A stretch of 64,000 bases of DNA, taken from Lophium mytilinum. Its lineage: Eukaryota. The position numbers and the translations under genes are program-made. Shown here one piece after another: positions 35,379-48,935 of the stretch. The notes under the pieces are model-generated. The model did not search any database. It saw nothing but the letters and a program-made list of their open reading frames with translations, and was not told the origin of the DNA. The DNA lies in contig MU004198.1 of NCBI GenBank assembly GCA_010093605.1, positions 1,056,726 through 1,120,725 of the forward strand, in the 5' to 3' direction. Position 1 is the first letter of the stretch. Each line of letters begins with the position of its first letter.

Positions 35379-38300
35379 GGTCTTTGTAGTGTGTAGAGTT
35401 GGTTATTGGTCGTTCCCTTCTTAACACAGTGTAGACGGCTGAAGAATAACGGGGATGATGCCTGCTTTAGGCGCTGATTGGCAGGAGATCTCTATTTTTA
35501 ATACGTTAGCAATGCCTTCTAAGTCGTGAAGCTGGGACGCAGAGATTTAAGGGGCAGTGTTTAAAAAATAATCGTCAAGCAGATATCACTAACCTTGGGC
35601 TGGCGCAAAGAGTAGGAAGCGCGGATCTGGGGGCTCGAGGATGCGGTCGAGGATGTAGCTACTTTTCTCAAGGGCGAGTTAGAACGGGCCGAAGTTAAAA
35701 CGCTACCTAGTCACTGCAGAAGTCGCAGTACAAACGGGGCAGTCCACCACCGCCACATCACGAGACGAATGTGTCTTCCTCTCGTCAAAGCCACAATACG
35801 ACCCCGTGTTCGGTCTCAATATCAAGCTAGAAAGCGCCCCTCATTGCGGTAAAACTGTGCTTTCTAATCCATCAGATCCACGGCTTCGGATTTTAGTACT
35901 GAGGTGATTGTGTTTGGGTGTACCTTGATCACGCTTCCAAGGCACCCTAGTCATTTCGGATACCGCAAGAGGGGATATAAGCACCTTCAATTCGAGGAGT
36001 CCAAGTTTACGGCGTCCCTAGAGCATTGATATCTCTTGGGTCGTCTCTGACAGTCCATAGCTGCAGCGTGTCCTGAAGCTTTTGATAATGCAACAGTGAT
36101 GTCTGGAGGGCATGGCACGAATCATCAGTGGCCCGCCCAGTACAGCTGTACTTTAAGGCTAATTCATGCTCTAGTGGCGATGGCAGACGAGATAAGCCAT
36201 CCGTTCTGCCTCTGTTCCTCGCGCAGCTCCGCCATTATGGAGTTTGCAGGCGTGAGCCACGATTATTACACACCCCGACAAGATGCCAAAGGCCTTCGCA
36301 CAGTGGCAGGTGAAAAGGTGCAGGCATACTATAGCGATTGGGGTCGAAGAAGGAGAAGCTCCGCCTCAAGGGGCTCTTTGAGGTTCTTGCGTCGCCCGCT
36401 CTACCGTCACCACTCTCCCACAACACCAACCGCAGTCTCAGTATAATCGACCCGCTCCGAAGCGATGCCTATAGCGTGAGTATCGTTGAACTCTTGCAGC
36501 GCTCCATACAGTCCTCTGCCACTGCCTGGGTCCCTCCGGCAACCAGGAGGTGATGCCAGCGCCGCGAGACCGGAAAGGAAAGCCACGAGTCTACTCTCAA
36601 GACGAACTGTCCATGACCTCTACGCTGGCGATCTTCATGCTAGAGCGCGCGCGCTGCATAGTCGTCGCCGCCTTTTGAGCTCCTCCGGCAATAATCGACA
36701 ATCTGCAGATCATGTCAAAGCCGCCACTCTACAATTCGAGGCCCAGCGGACTTAGCTCAGATTCGGAGAGCTGCGGGGCTCGTAGCATGGCCAACAGTGG
36801 CATTGACGACTATTTGAGTCCTCGTTGCGGACATGCTAGGACGCTTACGACACCGCGACATCGTTTTCCCCAAGGCCTGACGGAGGGGGCCCAAAGCAAA
36901 ACACCGACGCCCTTCCGACTGCGACAAACCTCAACAACACACCATGTTTGCTCAAATACAATCAGCGGGCAATGCAAATTTTTCATCTTTGCTGGGACAT
37001 CGCCATTATCAGATCTGATACAAGGCAACATTAAGCTCTCTCCGCCGCATTTCGATAGCGGGGCGTCTTTGCGGACCAGCATCACCTCGCCAACACCTCA
37101 GCATCAGCCACTACCATAAAGTTGTATGCGCGAACGGCTTCGAAGAGCAAGATCGGACGCGTTTCCTCCCTAATGGCCACACATACTGGCGACGATCTCC
37201 CCGCGCGAAGGACCGCGAAGTTGCAAGAGCCACAAGAGAGGAAGCGCTGGATGCTTAGACTCCTCGCAAGCAAGACGACGACCACCTCTCGTCTGCGCGA
37301 GCGCAACACAATCGACAATCAACGCCATGGCGATAGGCCTCCCCGTTAGCTATCGGAAGTGGGCAACTCCTGCGTGGATGCGGCCCCGCGCATCACCTCA
37401 CCACCGCCGGGCAGCACTGGGGTCTCTCAAACAGCCACCCCAAAAGCGGACCTGTACGCGGCATCGAAGATAATTCGTCTGGCACGGCGCCGATGGGATG
37501 TCCAACTGAATCACTCGAAAATGAAAACGCCAGTGAGAACGCCAGCCGTCACAACGAGCCACGCACCAGGAGCTCTGAAGCGGCGCAGCGCCGTGACAAG
37601 CTCGCCACCTAGGCACGATCATGAGAAGTTCGGGACGAAGAGAAGATACCGGGCTTTGATCGCAAATATCGAGCAGTTTCTGTGAAGCGGCCGATATCGA
37701 GGGGGGCGTGGCTCCCACGCATTGGATTGAACATGGATGCAGCATTGTCCATACCAGTCGTTCGCGGGGCGGCGTTCCAGAGCCCATTCGGGTCCTGCAC
37801 GAAGGGAAGTTACCCGCCGTCTACGATATGCAGCTCTGGAGAGTCTGATCAGACAGGCATACCAGTTCGAGCGCCGACTTCAAGTTGGCAATATTGAAAA
37901 CGGAAACAACAATGGCGCACTCCGAGGCGACAACTGGGCCAGGCAATCCGGCGACAAAGTGGAAGACTCGCTGGCTTCAGTTGGCATGCCCGCCAACGAC
38001 AATGGCCCCAACCGACCTCGTCGTTCCAGAGCGACGCCGAAATCTTCTCGCAAGCGTAATCGAACCCGTAGCCCGCTTGATGGCGACGGCACCAACGCGT
38101 AAGTCCTTCCCCTGCTATTCCAAGCCAGCTCCCACTCTTATATGATGAAAAAATTGGTAAAACCGAGATGTTGCGCTGGTTTCAGAGTGAACCTCCTGCG
38201 AACCGCCAACTGTCGCTGATGATACCTGCAAGAAACCGTATTCATATGGTTATTTTCTGACCTTTTGGACTCTTCTTTTGGTTGCTCTTTAGCCTTTTGA

Positions 38301-41300
38301 ATGAACAGTGGCTAATACGCGCTTTACTTCCCAGGTCCCGAAAGCGGATTGCATACTCAACACGTCGTAACTACTCGCTGGCCAGCTCCTGTAACTTCCG
38401 AACTGTTCGAGACGATCTCGAAGATCCCCGGATCGTTGACAACAACAACAAAGTTCCCTCTTTAAACCGGAACCTTTGAGTCTTCCCTCATGGATATACC
38501 GCTTGTGCACTCCTGTTGGGAGTCTCCTGGCAAGTACTCGGATCTACCTCTTAGGCTTCGGAGTTCTGGACATACAAGCGTCGGCGAAAACACGCTTTCG
38601 GGATTGTGTTAAGTTTTCCTGCACCACGCAATACTCTCCGATCTCGTCTCGGACGGTGCCACCAAAAGTAGTTTAGGTGACACCGAGAACTCTCGCGGTC
38701 TCTAGTAGGTGAATGACGACACCACATCATCCATATCTGATCCGGACAACATTGGGTTTGAAAACCCTTCAACACTATCGGAGAGACTTTGGTCAATCTT
38801 TCCAATAGCTGGCAATAGTATCCTGGGTCTGGTTGACATAGCGAGAGTGGAACGTGTAACGATGTGAGTACACATTCCCCTTCTCTCCCACGTCCTTACT
38901 TTGTCATGATGGCCCCAAACTGCATGAAATTACTTAATCCGAGATCCTCAAGATTCGTTCAATCGATGGTGATTAGTGCAGTCTGAGACTTTGTAGTTTG
39001 TACCCAACGCGCTTGAATTTTCTTCGTTCATTTCGCCTACAACGACGACTGACGTTCATCTCTCAAATATCAGGGCTTCGATGGACCTCTGCGTAATCGG
39101 AGCAGGGCTTTGGGCACTCCTTATCGCCGTATCGCCGACGCTATCGACTCATACACACGACGATAAGTGCTGACTGTGGCTGCTTCTACCAACAACAACG
39201 ATAACAGCCGGCATTTGCCTGAGCCAAGTTCTCTTTCTGGACGAGGAATCTGGAATTTTGTCGGACAGGTGCGGCTGACCAGTATCTATATCTCCAGAGT
39301 CATATTGGTCGGGATGGCCCTTACGCAGCTCCAGTAAGCTTTTCCGGCTCGCAATATATGCGCTCTCTTACGAATGGTAGTCTAGTCGCGGCAACTAAGA
39401 CCCTTCGTGGGCCCTGACGCACATCCGACGACATTTGCCTTCTGGGTCTTCCCGGGTATTTTTCAACATAGTAGCTAAGCACATCAAACAGTGGCAGGCA
39501 TCCTGCGCGGCTGCGCATGACTCGATTGCCAGTACCCTGAGGGCTGACACATCTCTAGACGGCTCAACATCATACGACAGTTCGATGCAGCAATAACGAT
39601 TTAGGAAAGATTTGAGTTTCGAGGAAACAATCCTTGAGATGATATATGAGACGCAAGCCGTGCAGGGCGGTACCACTTTTGACAAAATAGGTGCGAATTG
39701 AGAAGAGCTGGACGATGAAGTGAATGAGATACAGAGCAAACCAAGAAGGGTTTGGAAGTCCAAGCAGAGATGCCACGAGAACGGATGCCAGCGTTACGTT
39801 AATGCAGCATAGGAAGCGAGCCGGCCGAAAGAAAAGCCAAGACGACAAAGCAAGGCATCTACCATTTGGAAGCAAACGAGATAGAGATCGTGATAAGAAA
39901 TTCGCATTGACTGATCGGACTCGAAATGAGACGAATGCCACATTAGGACACCGCAGCCTGGCCACGAAGGAAGAGCCAGCCGGCAAGACAGAAGACTAAG
40001 AACGATGAATGACATTAGCATGGAAGATTCCTGCCTGGTCTGAGCATAAGGAAGAACTATCATGGCCAAGGAAGATACCAAGCAGCCGAGGAGGAGACAG
40101 CGAAACCTAAAGTGGAAAGCGGAGTCTGTAGGAAGAGGACCGAGACTTGGAGAGACTACGGGGACCTGGAGAAACGACTGAGACTTTGAGAAACGACTCA
40201 GACAGAAAGAAAATTGAATCGACAAGCTCGAGTGAGAGGTCTACAAGCAGAGTATGAGACCACCCACCTACCTGGCGTTGTGCCTACGGATTATTGCGAA
40301 TTCTACCGAGCGAAGACCTCTCCGAGACCAGAAAGTGGCGATGATCTACAGTCCCTACATATTGTGATCCCCAATAGGGTCGTTGCTCATCATGCATGGA
40401 TTGGCATTGACGTATTCGGCATGACCTGCGATCGGGAACCACGATATCCGACCTCACCAGTCAGGCATCGCGACATCCAAGCCGGACAACCACCATCATC
40501 CTCCTAGCCCTGTCCGATTCGTATGTTCCTGTGCTCTTCTCTCTTCAGGTTTAGGCTATCTGAGTCGTGGTTTGCTGGTGCGAAGGATCCAGTGGATGCG
40601 GGGTTCGGCAAGATCGTGGGCACATACCACCACGACGAGAAGATGCTTTCTAAAGTCCGAATCGGCATAGCCGCAACAACGGTATGCGATCTCCTCTCGT
40701 AGGAGACTATGTGTTCTACGAGAGCTGTCTACTGCTGCTACTGCTTGGCGGCTGCGAATGGCTTGTCGATAGAGTTGACACTGGAGTGCCGACTGCAGCT
40801 CCAGCAGCATTCGATCGACCACCCCCAATGAGGATCTCGAGGCATAGGCCACCGAGGACTTCTCGGAGGTTTATGGGGCTAGGTGGGGGCGGGTGTAGTC
40901 GTTGCGTACAGGCACGAACGACGATGGCGAGTCGTCGTGGCTGTTTGAAGGCGCCGGACGAGTACCGACCCCTCTCGGCCATTGAAGAGCTTCGTCTTTG
41001 CCCACTGGCCGTCTAGGGGAGGTTTACGAGCAGGCTCGAGTATCGTCGAGGCCTAGAGGGAGTCTGATGATGTTGTTGTGGAGTATCGTCGTCCGTGGTA
41101 GTTGGAGGGGATCGGCGGCGAGTTTGGACCGCCCGTCGCCGGCATAGTAGCTGCTAAGCTTCCGAGAACTGGAGATGGGATTGCCCAACATGAGGAGAGG
41201 GAGAGGAGACGAGTGTCGAAGTGGATGGGTTGACCAGGAGGCGGTGGTGATGTCGAAGGAAGGTGTTCGGATGAGGTCGAAAGAAAGTTGTGATCGCCAA

Positions 41301-42334
41301 GGAGAAGTCGGGGTCGCCCTTCCCCCCTGTGGCGGCCATGTCAACATCAACACCATGGCCACGAATATGATACGCCGGAGGGCCAGCTACGACGACGAAG
41401 CAGTAGTAGAGTGAATATAAAGCTCTATCAGTCGTCTACTACCCGGTCTGCAGTGTATTCGGGTGCAAAAGGAAGCTCGACCGGCTGTTGTTACCTCCGC
41501 CTCACCTCCGCCCTCCGCGTTCAGGTAGGGATCCTTACTTGCACCATCAGGCCACGCACGACTATCCGGGCTGAATATCGGTCACTCGGAGCTCTAGAAT
41601 CAGGAATGTTCTCCCATGATAGTCTTACAAATAGGATGAATTAATTAGCTACTACCTCATCCATGTAGACTCCAAAATGGCCGGCCCAGTCACCCCTGCT
41701 ACACCCTCTGCCCATCAAGCCTCACAGCCCTACCACGATGCGCCTCTCTGCCGATCTCCCATCTCAGGTATACTCCTCACACTAGATTTAGATAATTAGA
41801 CACTCAAGCTCGCATTTCAAGGATTGATCCTATCATGACAATCAGCTGAAAATTAAAGAGCGCCTCAGAGAGACATACTCGAACGGCGGTTTGCACAACC
41901 GTTTTGGTGTATGCGAACATTAGCCTCGATTAGTAAAAGAACGCATCTCCGGCAGTGGTAAAGTGGTCTGTGGACCTTCTGACACTTATTCTGGCCTTTG
42001 GTACATCAGCAGATTGAGATGGTTATTTATAATAAAAGATTGACGACATTATGGATCGATAGAGGCCGAGGGGAATATAGTTGCATAATAGCAATTACTA
42101 GTTGTAGAACCTTTCCCCTACCGCCGATTTGTAATAAGATCGAAAGTCAGCAAGTACAGAAAGAGAGAGCTTATAGCCAAAACGGAGGACGGATTACGCA
42201 AAGCGATTAATTACCTTCGGGTTAATTTAAATCCTGCGGAAGATGCCGTTATTAAGGCTATTGCAATACTAACGGGCCGAACAGGGTACAATAAACCGCG
42301 GCACCAAACATTCAAGATTCCCAACAAGGAGAGG

Positions 42335-44340
42335 GTGAGGCTCCGGGAGAATCTAGTCGCCGATGCCCGCTATAATGTTTACTTGGGTTCACCGTCCCTT
42401 TACTATAGATACGAAGAGACCACCAACTGTTCCCTCTACGCCTGTCTTCCTATGTCGGAGGCCAACATATCTGCTTTTAGTAGTGCATATGTATATATAG
42501 TTAGGCAAGACGATTTAGGGTACAACAGTACCGCTGAGGCTCGCGCGGTGTTAAGGATACCGGAGAACAACATAAGACCAAAGATTCCGGGGATGCAGAG
42601 CGGCATGTATCTGATGGGTCACCAGATAGATAGCGTCGCCTAGCTCTTGGAGAGGCTATACCAGCTCGCAGGTTGTATCCTTGCTGATGGAATTGGGGCT
42701 AGGGAAGTCCATTCAGCTTCTGGCCATAATCGTGGAACCGGTGCTGCGCCGAGATAACCGAACAAAATCTGACAAGCTCGGAAGTCGTGCCGCCGGGGGC
42801 GGTAAAGATGTGGGTGGAACAGGCCAGCAAGATCTTGCCCGCGGATTGTGAGATCAAGGAGTACTCGAATACAGACGCCACTACCTGGACCCCTTCCGAT
42901 TCAATGTTCGACGGGTCGGAGGAGTCGTGTAAGATTGTCCTCATTTCTTCCTGGACCGTCCTTCAAACTCGGCATTCCTATATCGCCTGGAAAAACGATA
43001 TGTGTGGCAAGCTTTGGCCGCAATGGCGACACAATCTCACGGACTGTTACTTTTATATCAAATTCTTTGACGAAGCTCATCGGCTGAAGGACCCGAAAGG
43101 AATCACGAATGATGTCGTAGGGTTGGCAACCTAGGATCAGGGATTCCAGACAATCCAGGAGGAGTTTAATATACCTCCTCCAGACAAGGACCCCTTCGAC
43201 TATGCAGACGACGAGCCGGAGCCAGATGCCATATGCAATGAATCAGCGATCGTGAACTACCCCAGTGGTGGCAAGAAGGGAGCAGCTGCTGTCCAGGAGA
43301 AGTCGGACCGGCTGTTTCGCGTCTTCAAGAAGATGCTGCTGGCAAGGTCCTTTGCCAGCGTCGTCAATGGGCGGAAAATAGGAATCGGAATACCTGCGCT
43401 GTACGGGACAGGTTGTTGTCAAAGCAGAGGGCAATGCTGAGGCAAAGTTGCACGAATATATGGACCAGCCCAAAGAGGAGCTGTTTTCATTCAAAGTTTA
43501 CAAGAGACGTGGGCGAAATAGCGACTATGCTTCAGAGGAGCCCGCGCTGACTTTCTCTCCGCCTTCAATCCGATCCGTCAACCAGGGAAGTTTCTTCTTC
43601 CCGTTGTTTCATCTCCCGTCCGTCAATGGCACGAAAGCTATCGCTACACTCCGAGCTGAGATGCGGAAGTCCGGGATGCTTGGGACCCGCCGACTTCGAC
43701 ATGTTATGAAGTTCATATTTGACGCAATCAAAAAAGATGCTCCTCGTGGAAGACCGGCAACAGCCGTTGCACTAACTACTCTAGCCATGGGGTTCAATCC
43801 GAGGAATCTTTCCGACGCCGACCTGCTCAAAGAGGTCGTTGATCAATCACCTAAGCTGAAACAGTTGGCGTTTGAGCTAGGCATCAAGACGGTCGTCGAG
43901 AGATGAAATTGTTGTCTGGACTCACTGGTCTTGGGTCCAGTTGCTGACCGAAGTCTTCCTAAAGCAATCGGGATCATCGTGCTTTCTCTCCACGCAGGGA
44001 ACAAAGACCAGCAGGCGACCATCGAAGCGCGATTCACGACTGACAATGAGCACATGGTCCTAACGTCCCACATGGTCGCTGCCGAGGCAGGCAAATACCG
44101 TCTCTGTTGTGCTGATGTGATTTGTCTGGAATCAGCAGACAGTGATCCCAGGTTCTGGCAGGCCGTCTATCGCGTTCTTGGGATTAGATAAGAGCTCCGT
44201 CGGCATCTCAGTATTCACGTGCAGGCCAGCACTAACGACACTGCATTCATATCAAATATGCTCGTGAAAGACTTCCCTAGGGCGATCACCATCGTAGCAG
44301 ACGACGCAGTTGTCAAAGCGATGCTGAGGAAGCCCTGATG
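42335..44340 (+). pseudogene. Degraded SNF2-family (SWI2/SNF2) helicase/ATPase
   Basis: LMGHQIDSVA*L (Q-motif with TAG where TGG is expected), GCILADG/frameshift/GLGKSIQ (motif I), VVPP, FDEAHRLK (motif II), SPKLKQL and QAVYRV (motif VI-like). Multiple stops and frameshifts. Confidence 0.8.
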
Positions 44341-45749
44341 GAGTCACATGAATAGGAAGATTATGAGAACATTGCCGATATCAACGCCACTGTCACTGAC
44401 GAGCTCAGGGCTAGCATCCTGGCCAAGGTTCAGACTTACATGAGGCGCATCGTAATACCCAGCGTGGTTAGTAGACCGGCCAATCCTCAATCGGATTAAT
44501 GACCGGTTTGATAATATGACTTTATAGTTAGTCTAATTAGATTAATGCCAGAACCAAAATAAAAATTTAATTTTACATTATCCAATTAGTCTAATTAGCT
44601 ATACGAAATAGGAAGGATAACGTTAGGGGGAGTACTAAGGGGGGCGCATCCTTAAGGCCTAGAAGACTTAGTAGCTCGCCTTATACGCAATTTAACCTGT
44701 AGATATAGATTCCTGTTGTCCGTTAAGGCTCATATTGTCATGGTGTTGTGCTAGAGGGGTGCTGGACCTATGGTAAATGAGGCTGGCGATGTATACAACG
44801 CGATTCAAGCTCTTTGACAACCTACCCGTCCCGACATCCAATATTCGCCAAACAGTTGAAGTGGCTGGCAATCTTTCACGTCCAGAATGCGCAAATCCAG
44901 TGCGGGCGACCAGGAGGCTTGCCAATCTCTACTAAGACATGCGCGGCATCATATCCGACAATATCGACCGCACTACCCGCGCCGCTTGCGCGTCACTTAT
45001 CGATATTTGAAACACAAAAGGAGAGCCAGAGAGGATGAGGTGTGGGGATCCATGGCTTGAAGGTCCACTGTGGCATTCTTCGGTCTCGGTGTAAGCGAGG
45101 CTACATTTCCCAAAATCTCAGATTTTGGGAAATGTAGCCTGGCTTGAACCTTCTCTTCTCCCAGAGACCAACTCAGCCCCTCCATCAAAGCGCGCCAGGT
45201 TGCGGACAAGACAAGCAATGCTCACTCTCAACGACGATATTCAGTTGCAGCGTTTACAAGTCGCACAGATAAGTCTGCGCACACGGATCTGTTACCGTTC
45301 GGCTCTAACCTTGTTCACTTCACACCACTGAGAGGGGCACCCCAGCCAGTCACTACGCAGTGAGTTAAGTAGATGTCTGATTTCCACTGCCAGGAACTTA
45401 ACATCGCGCCTAGAGGTCCAGACTTTTATCGGGGTGCCCCAAGCAGTGCCAAATTGAGCTCATCTAGAGGAATGTACCCAAGTTTGCCAGCGTGAATGCT
45501 TGCTATAGTAATGATCATCATGATCCTACTACTTCAATATGAGGATGTTTTGTTGGGGAAAAAGTACTTAGATTCGATGATTGAACTCATACTTGAATCT
45601 ATCTACCGGTCAAGAGAGACCCGGGATATCCAAAATTTCTCGCCCAATCAGATTGAATAGCCCACGTAGCGCATCGATTCAATTACTAAAGTCACAATAT
45701 GATCATTAGAAGCCTGCAGTCTCGTAAAAGAGGTGATGTCGAGGCCATG

Positions 45750-46649
45750 TTCACGCTCCCCGAGCATGCTTCATACCATTCAACCATTGCACTCGTTTCG
45801 CCAGGCCTAAATCAATTTCTCAACTTCCTCAGTCCACGCCTTCAAAATTGCAAGAGCCTTCTCAATCTACTTCACTTGCTTGTCCAACTTTTCAGCAAGT
45901 TGCATAGCGGACGCTTCCTTTTCCTTGTATGTTTGTCCCGTTTCATCATGCGACTCGAAGCCAGCTGCATCGAGCTCATCGTACCACTCCGCCAAATAAC
46001 GTTGCCAAAGGACGGCATCTTTGGTACACCCCAACGCCACTTTCAGCTCACCAAGCCCACGCTCTCCTAGGCTAAGGGTATAGCGGTAAGCCTCGACGGT
46101 ATCATGAGCGTCTATGGCATTCCACCCTCCAATAGGATGGTCCTCGTCAGGATGGGCAGCCCGCTCTGGCCTAGCAAAGCTTGCGCGGATCAAGGTCTTC
46201 ACAGCCCTATGACGAGCTTTGCGGGACTTCCTGTGGGCATAGCGCGCCTGGCTTGCCGTGACCCAAGCCCAACTGTCCGGACCGCCCGGCATTCTCGTGG
46301 TAAAGCACCTCGGAGCGAGTAAGGGGTTGGACGGATCGCGTTCGGGCTGATGGGGTGGACGCTTAAAGGGGGGCCATTGTGTGACGGGGGTGCTGTAAGC
46401 TCGCTGGGAGTTCTCACGGGCGGTGTGCTGCGCGTGCTGTCTATCAAAGGCAGCGCGCTTCTCGTCATCGGAAAGGACTTCGTACGCATTCTGTAGGTTT
46501 TTGAATTTTTCTTGGCCGGCTGCCTACTTAGAGGGGTCACGGATCTTGTCCGGATGATAGACGCGGGCGAGATGATAGTAGGCTTTACGAATAGTAGCCA
46601 CATTTGCATCTTGTGGGACGCCCAGGATTTGGTATGGGTTTGGCTCCAT
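45750..46649 (-). pseudogene. J-domain (DnaJ) protein paralogue 1, disrupted by nonsense codons
   Basis: [60 protein letters not shown]. The TAG at 46524-46526 aligns with Gln in the neighbouring paralogue (DPTKQAAG). The same frame continues to further TAGs from 45869 downward. Confidence 0.8.
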
Positions 46650-47085
46650 CTGTAGTGATGGGCCGGCAAGGTTGCTTTTGAGAGTTGTGAAGGTTGTGCA
46701 GGATTCTGTAGGGTGGTCTTGTGATGTGCGACTCGACGTAGTGTGGCGAGTTGAGGCTCGAACGAGCTGTGACACTTGGTATCATTTTACGCTGGATTTT
46801 GTATGCATTGAGGGCGCAGATAGGCGGTGAAAGTGGAAGCTGATGATGCAATAGCAAAGGGGTGACGGCAACTCTTCAGCATTGTGTGAATTGGCACACC
46901 TGATTCCCTGGACAGGCATGGCCATCACGGGACTGCAGATCGCTGCTAAATGGTCATTCACCTAGATACTGAGGTAATGAGTGACAATCATGTATATAAG
47001 GAACTATTCCACGCCACCAAACCACTCCACTTCCAGGCTTATACACACCACACGCCACCATCACAACACACTTCTTGCTATCAAA

Positions 47086-47931
47086 ATGGCACCATCCCCA
47101 TACTCAGTCCTCGGTGTTTCTCATGACGCAAATGCTGCTGATATTCGGGCCGCCTATCACCGCATGGCGTTAAAATGCCACCCCGATAAGATCCAGGATC
47201 CCACCAAACAAGCTGCAGGGGCTGAGACATTTAAAGACGTCCAGGCTGCATACGAGGTTCTGAAAGATTCTACAATGCGTTCTGCCTTCGACCGCGAATA
47301 CGCAAGCAAACACCAACCCCGACAATCCCAGCCCTTCAAAACCAACAAAAAGCGCTCGGACAGCTACAAGGCCTACGGAGACAACCCGATCATGTACGCT
47401 ACTTACCAAAGCACCGCTATGTCCGCGCTACGAACTGCGGATGCGCTCGTGGCAGCCTCGCTCCTCAGCTATGCTCTCGCGAAAATGGCTTTCGAACGCG
47501 CCTTAGCAGTTGTCCCAATACATTCCGGCCGCCCTAGTGACTACAGGCACCTTTTCGATCAAATGCCAGTCAAGGACTTTCATGAAGCAACGCGCACGAC
47601 TGCTTCAGCGTGGATTAGGGCTATTGGATCGGGACGCGTGGCCGTTGAGAAAGCGGTCCTCACCTCGAGGCAGCAGAAGCAGGCGGTGATGGCACTCGAG
47701 CTAGCCTTGAAGAGCTTCAGATGGTGTGCAGAACATAGTCAGGGCTTGGAGCAGACGGAAATGATAGCAAAGAAGCTTAGTTGCACGGCGAAGATAGAGG
47801 AGATGAGAGCGAGCGCAAGGCAAAGCAAAAATCAGCGGAAGGCGTGGGAGGAGAGCGTGCGGGGTTGGGAGGCTGTGAGAAATGAGTGGTTGTGTGAGCG
47901 AGCTAAGTTCACGCCCTTGAGGCCTTTGTAA
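47086..47931 (+). CDS. J-domain (DnaJ, class C) protein paralogue 2 with helical C-terminal domain
   Basis: MAPSPYSVLGV..IRAAYHRMALKCHPDKIQDP..FKDVQAAYEVLKD..RSAFD, with intact HPD motif. Intronless; divergent from paralogue 1. Confidence 0.85.
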   Translation: MAPSPYSVLGVSHDANAADIRAAYHRMALKCHPDKIQDPTKQAAGAETFKDVQAAYEVLKDSTMRSAFDREYASKHQPRQSQPFKTNKKRSDSYKAYGDNPIMYATYQSTAMSALRTADALVAASLLSYALAKMAFERALAVVPIHSGRPSDYRHLFDQMPVKDFHEATRTTASAWIRAIGSGRVAVEKAVLTSRQQKQAVMALELALKSFRWCAEHSQGLEQTEMIAKKLSCTAKIEEMRASARQSKNQRKAWEESVRGWEAVRNEWLCERAKFTPLRPL

Positions 47932-48935
47932 GTACATGAAGGGGAGAAGATGTTCGGTGTTTCGAATTTCGATTAGGCTACAGTACTAAGCCACAAGTCT
48001 GGGCACATATATTCATTACAGCTTGGCCTCAACTTGCTCACTCGACACTACTGTTGGGGGTACCCTGGCTGTTGAGCAGGCAATTTGTCAAGAGGTAGTC
48101 CAATCTGCACTGCTTGAACCTCGACATCACCCTTGGATCTTCGAAATCCTGTGGGGGAACCCCATGCGGTGTCGAGCTAGTGTGCCCAGACTTGTGGCCT
48201 GTCACTGTATGTGGTCTTTGAGATTGATGGATGCATCATATATCGGCTGAGAGTAAGCCGATGACATACAAAGCTGGACAGGCCTATACAGCCAGCATTG
48301 ACGATACAGATCCGGCAAATAGTTTGCAGTCTGGGGCGGTTGCTTGAATTTCATAGCTTACAAGATACTCTATACTCAGCTCAACATGAGCTGTCTAGCT
48401 TCATTTTCCTCGTGTATCACATGAACTTACAGTCTTTCTCTAGTGGCTGAAGCTGAAGAAACTAACTTCGTCACTCTACACACGTGAAAACTCTACTAGA
48501 GGGCGGAAGAGAAGATGCTGAAGTGGCAGAGACCAATGGAGGATTTGGATAGACTAAGTGAATTTCGTCAGCTTAAATACTGTACGCTCGGCGATAAGGA
48601 GGAGGTGCTTCGACAAATGGGTTTCATATCAAAGGATGATTTGGGGAATCTGTGGGAGACGTAGAGGAATAATATGTTTTCGCCGCTTCTTGGGAGAAGC
48701 CACACGAACATCGTGGTTGGCCGATATCCACGACAAACATTATGCAAATCTTTGGAGCAAGATAGAAGAAGCATTGATATCAATTTCTATGAACTTTTTC
48801 TAAGTTTTGGGTGGATGGGATCACCTCTCGGGCCTGTCATTACGGCTGGTTTCTGTTTATTCCAGGTGTTGTATAGGACTAACTGCCTACAAGGCTTGCC
48901 AGAACTAGCTACCAATACTCTACACCTGCAGACTC

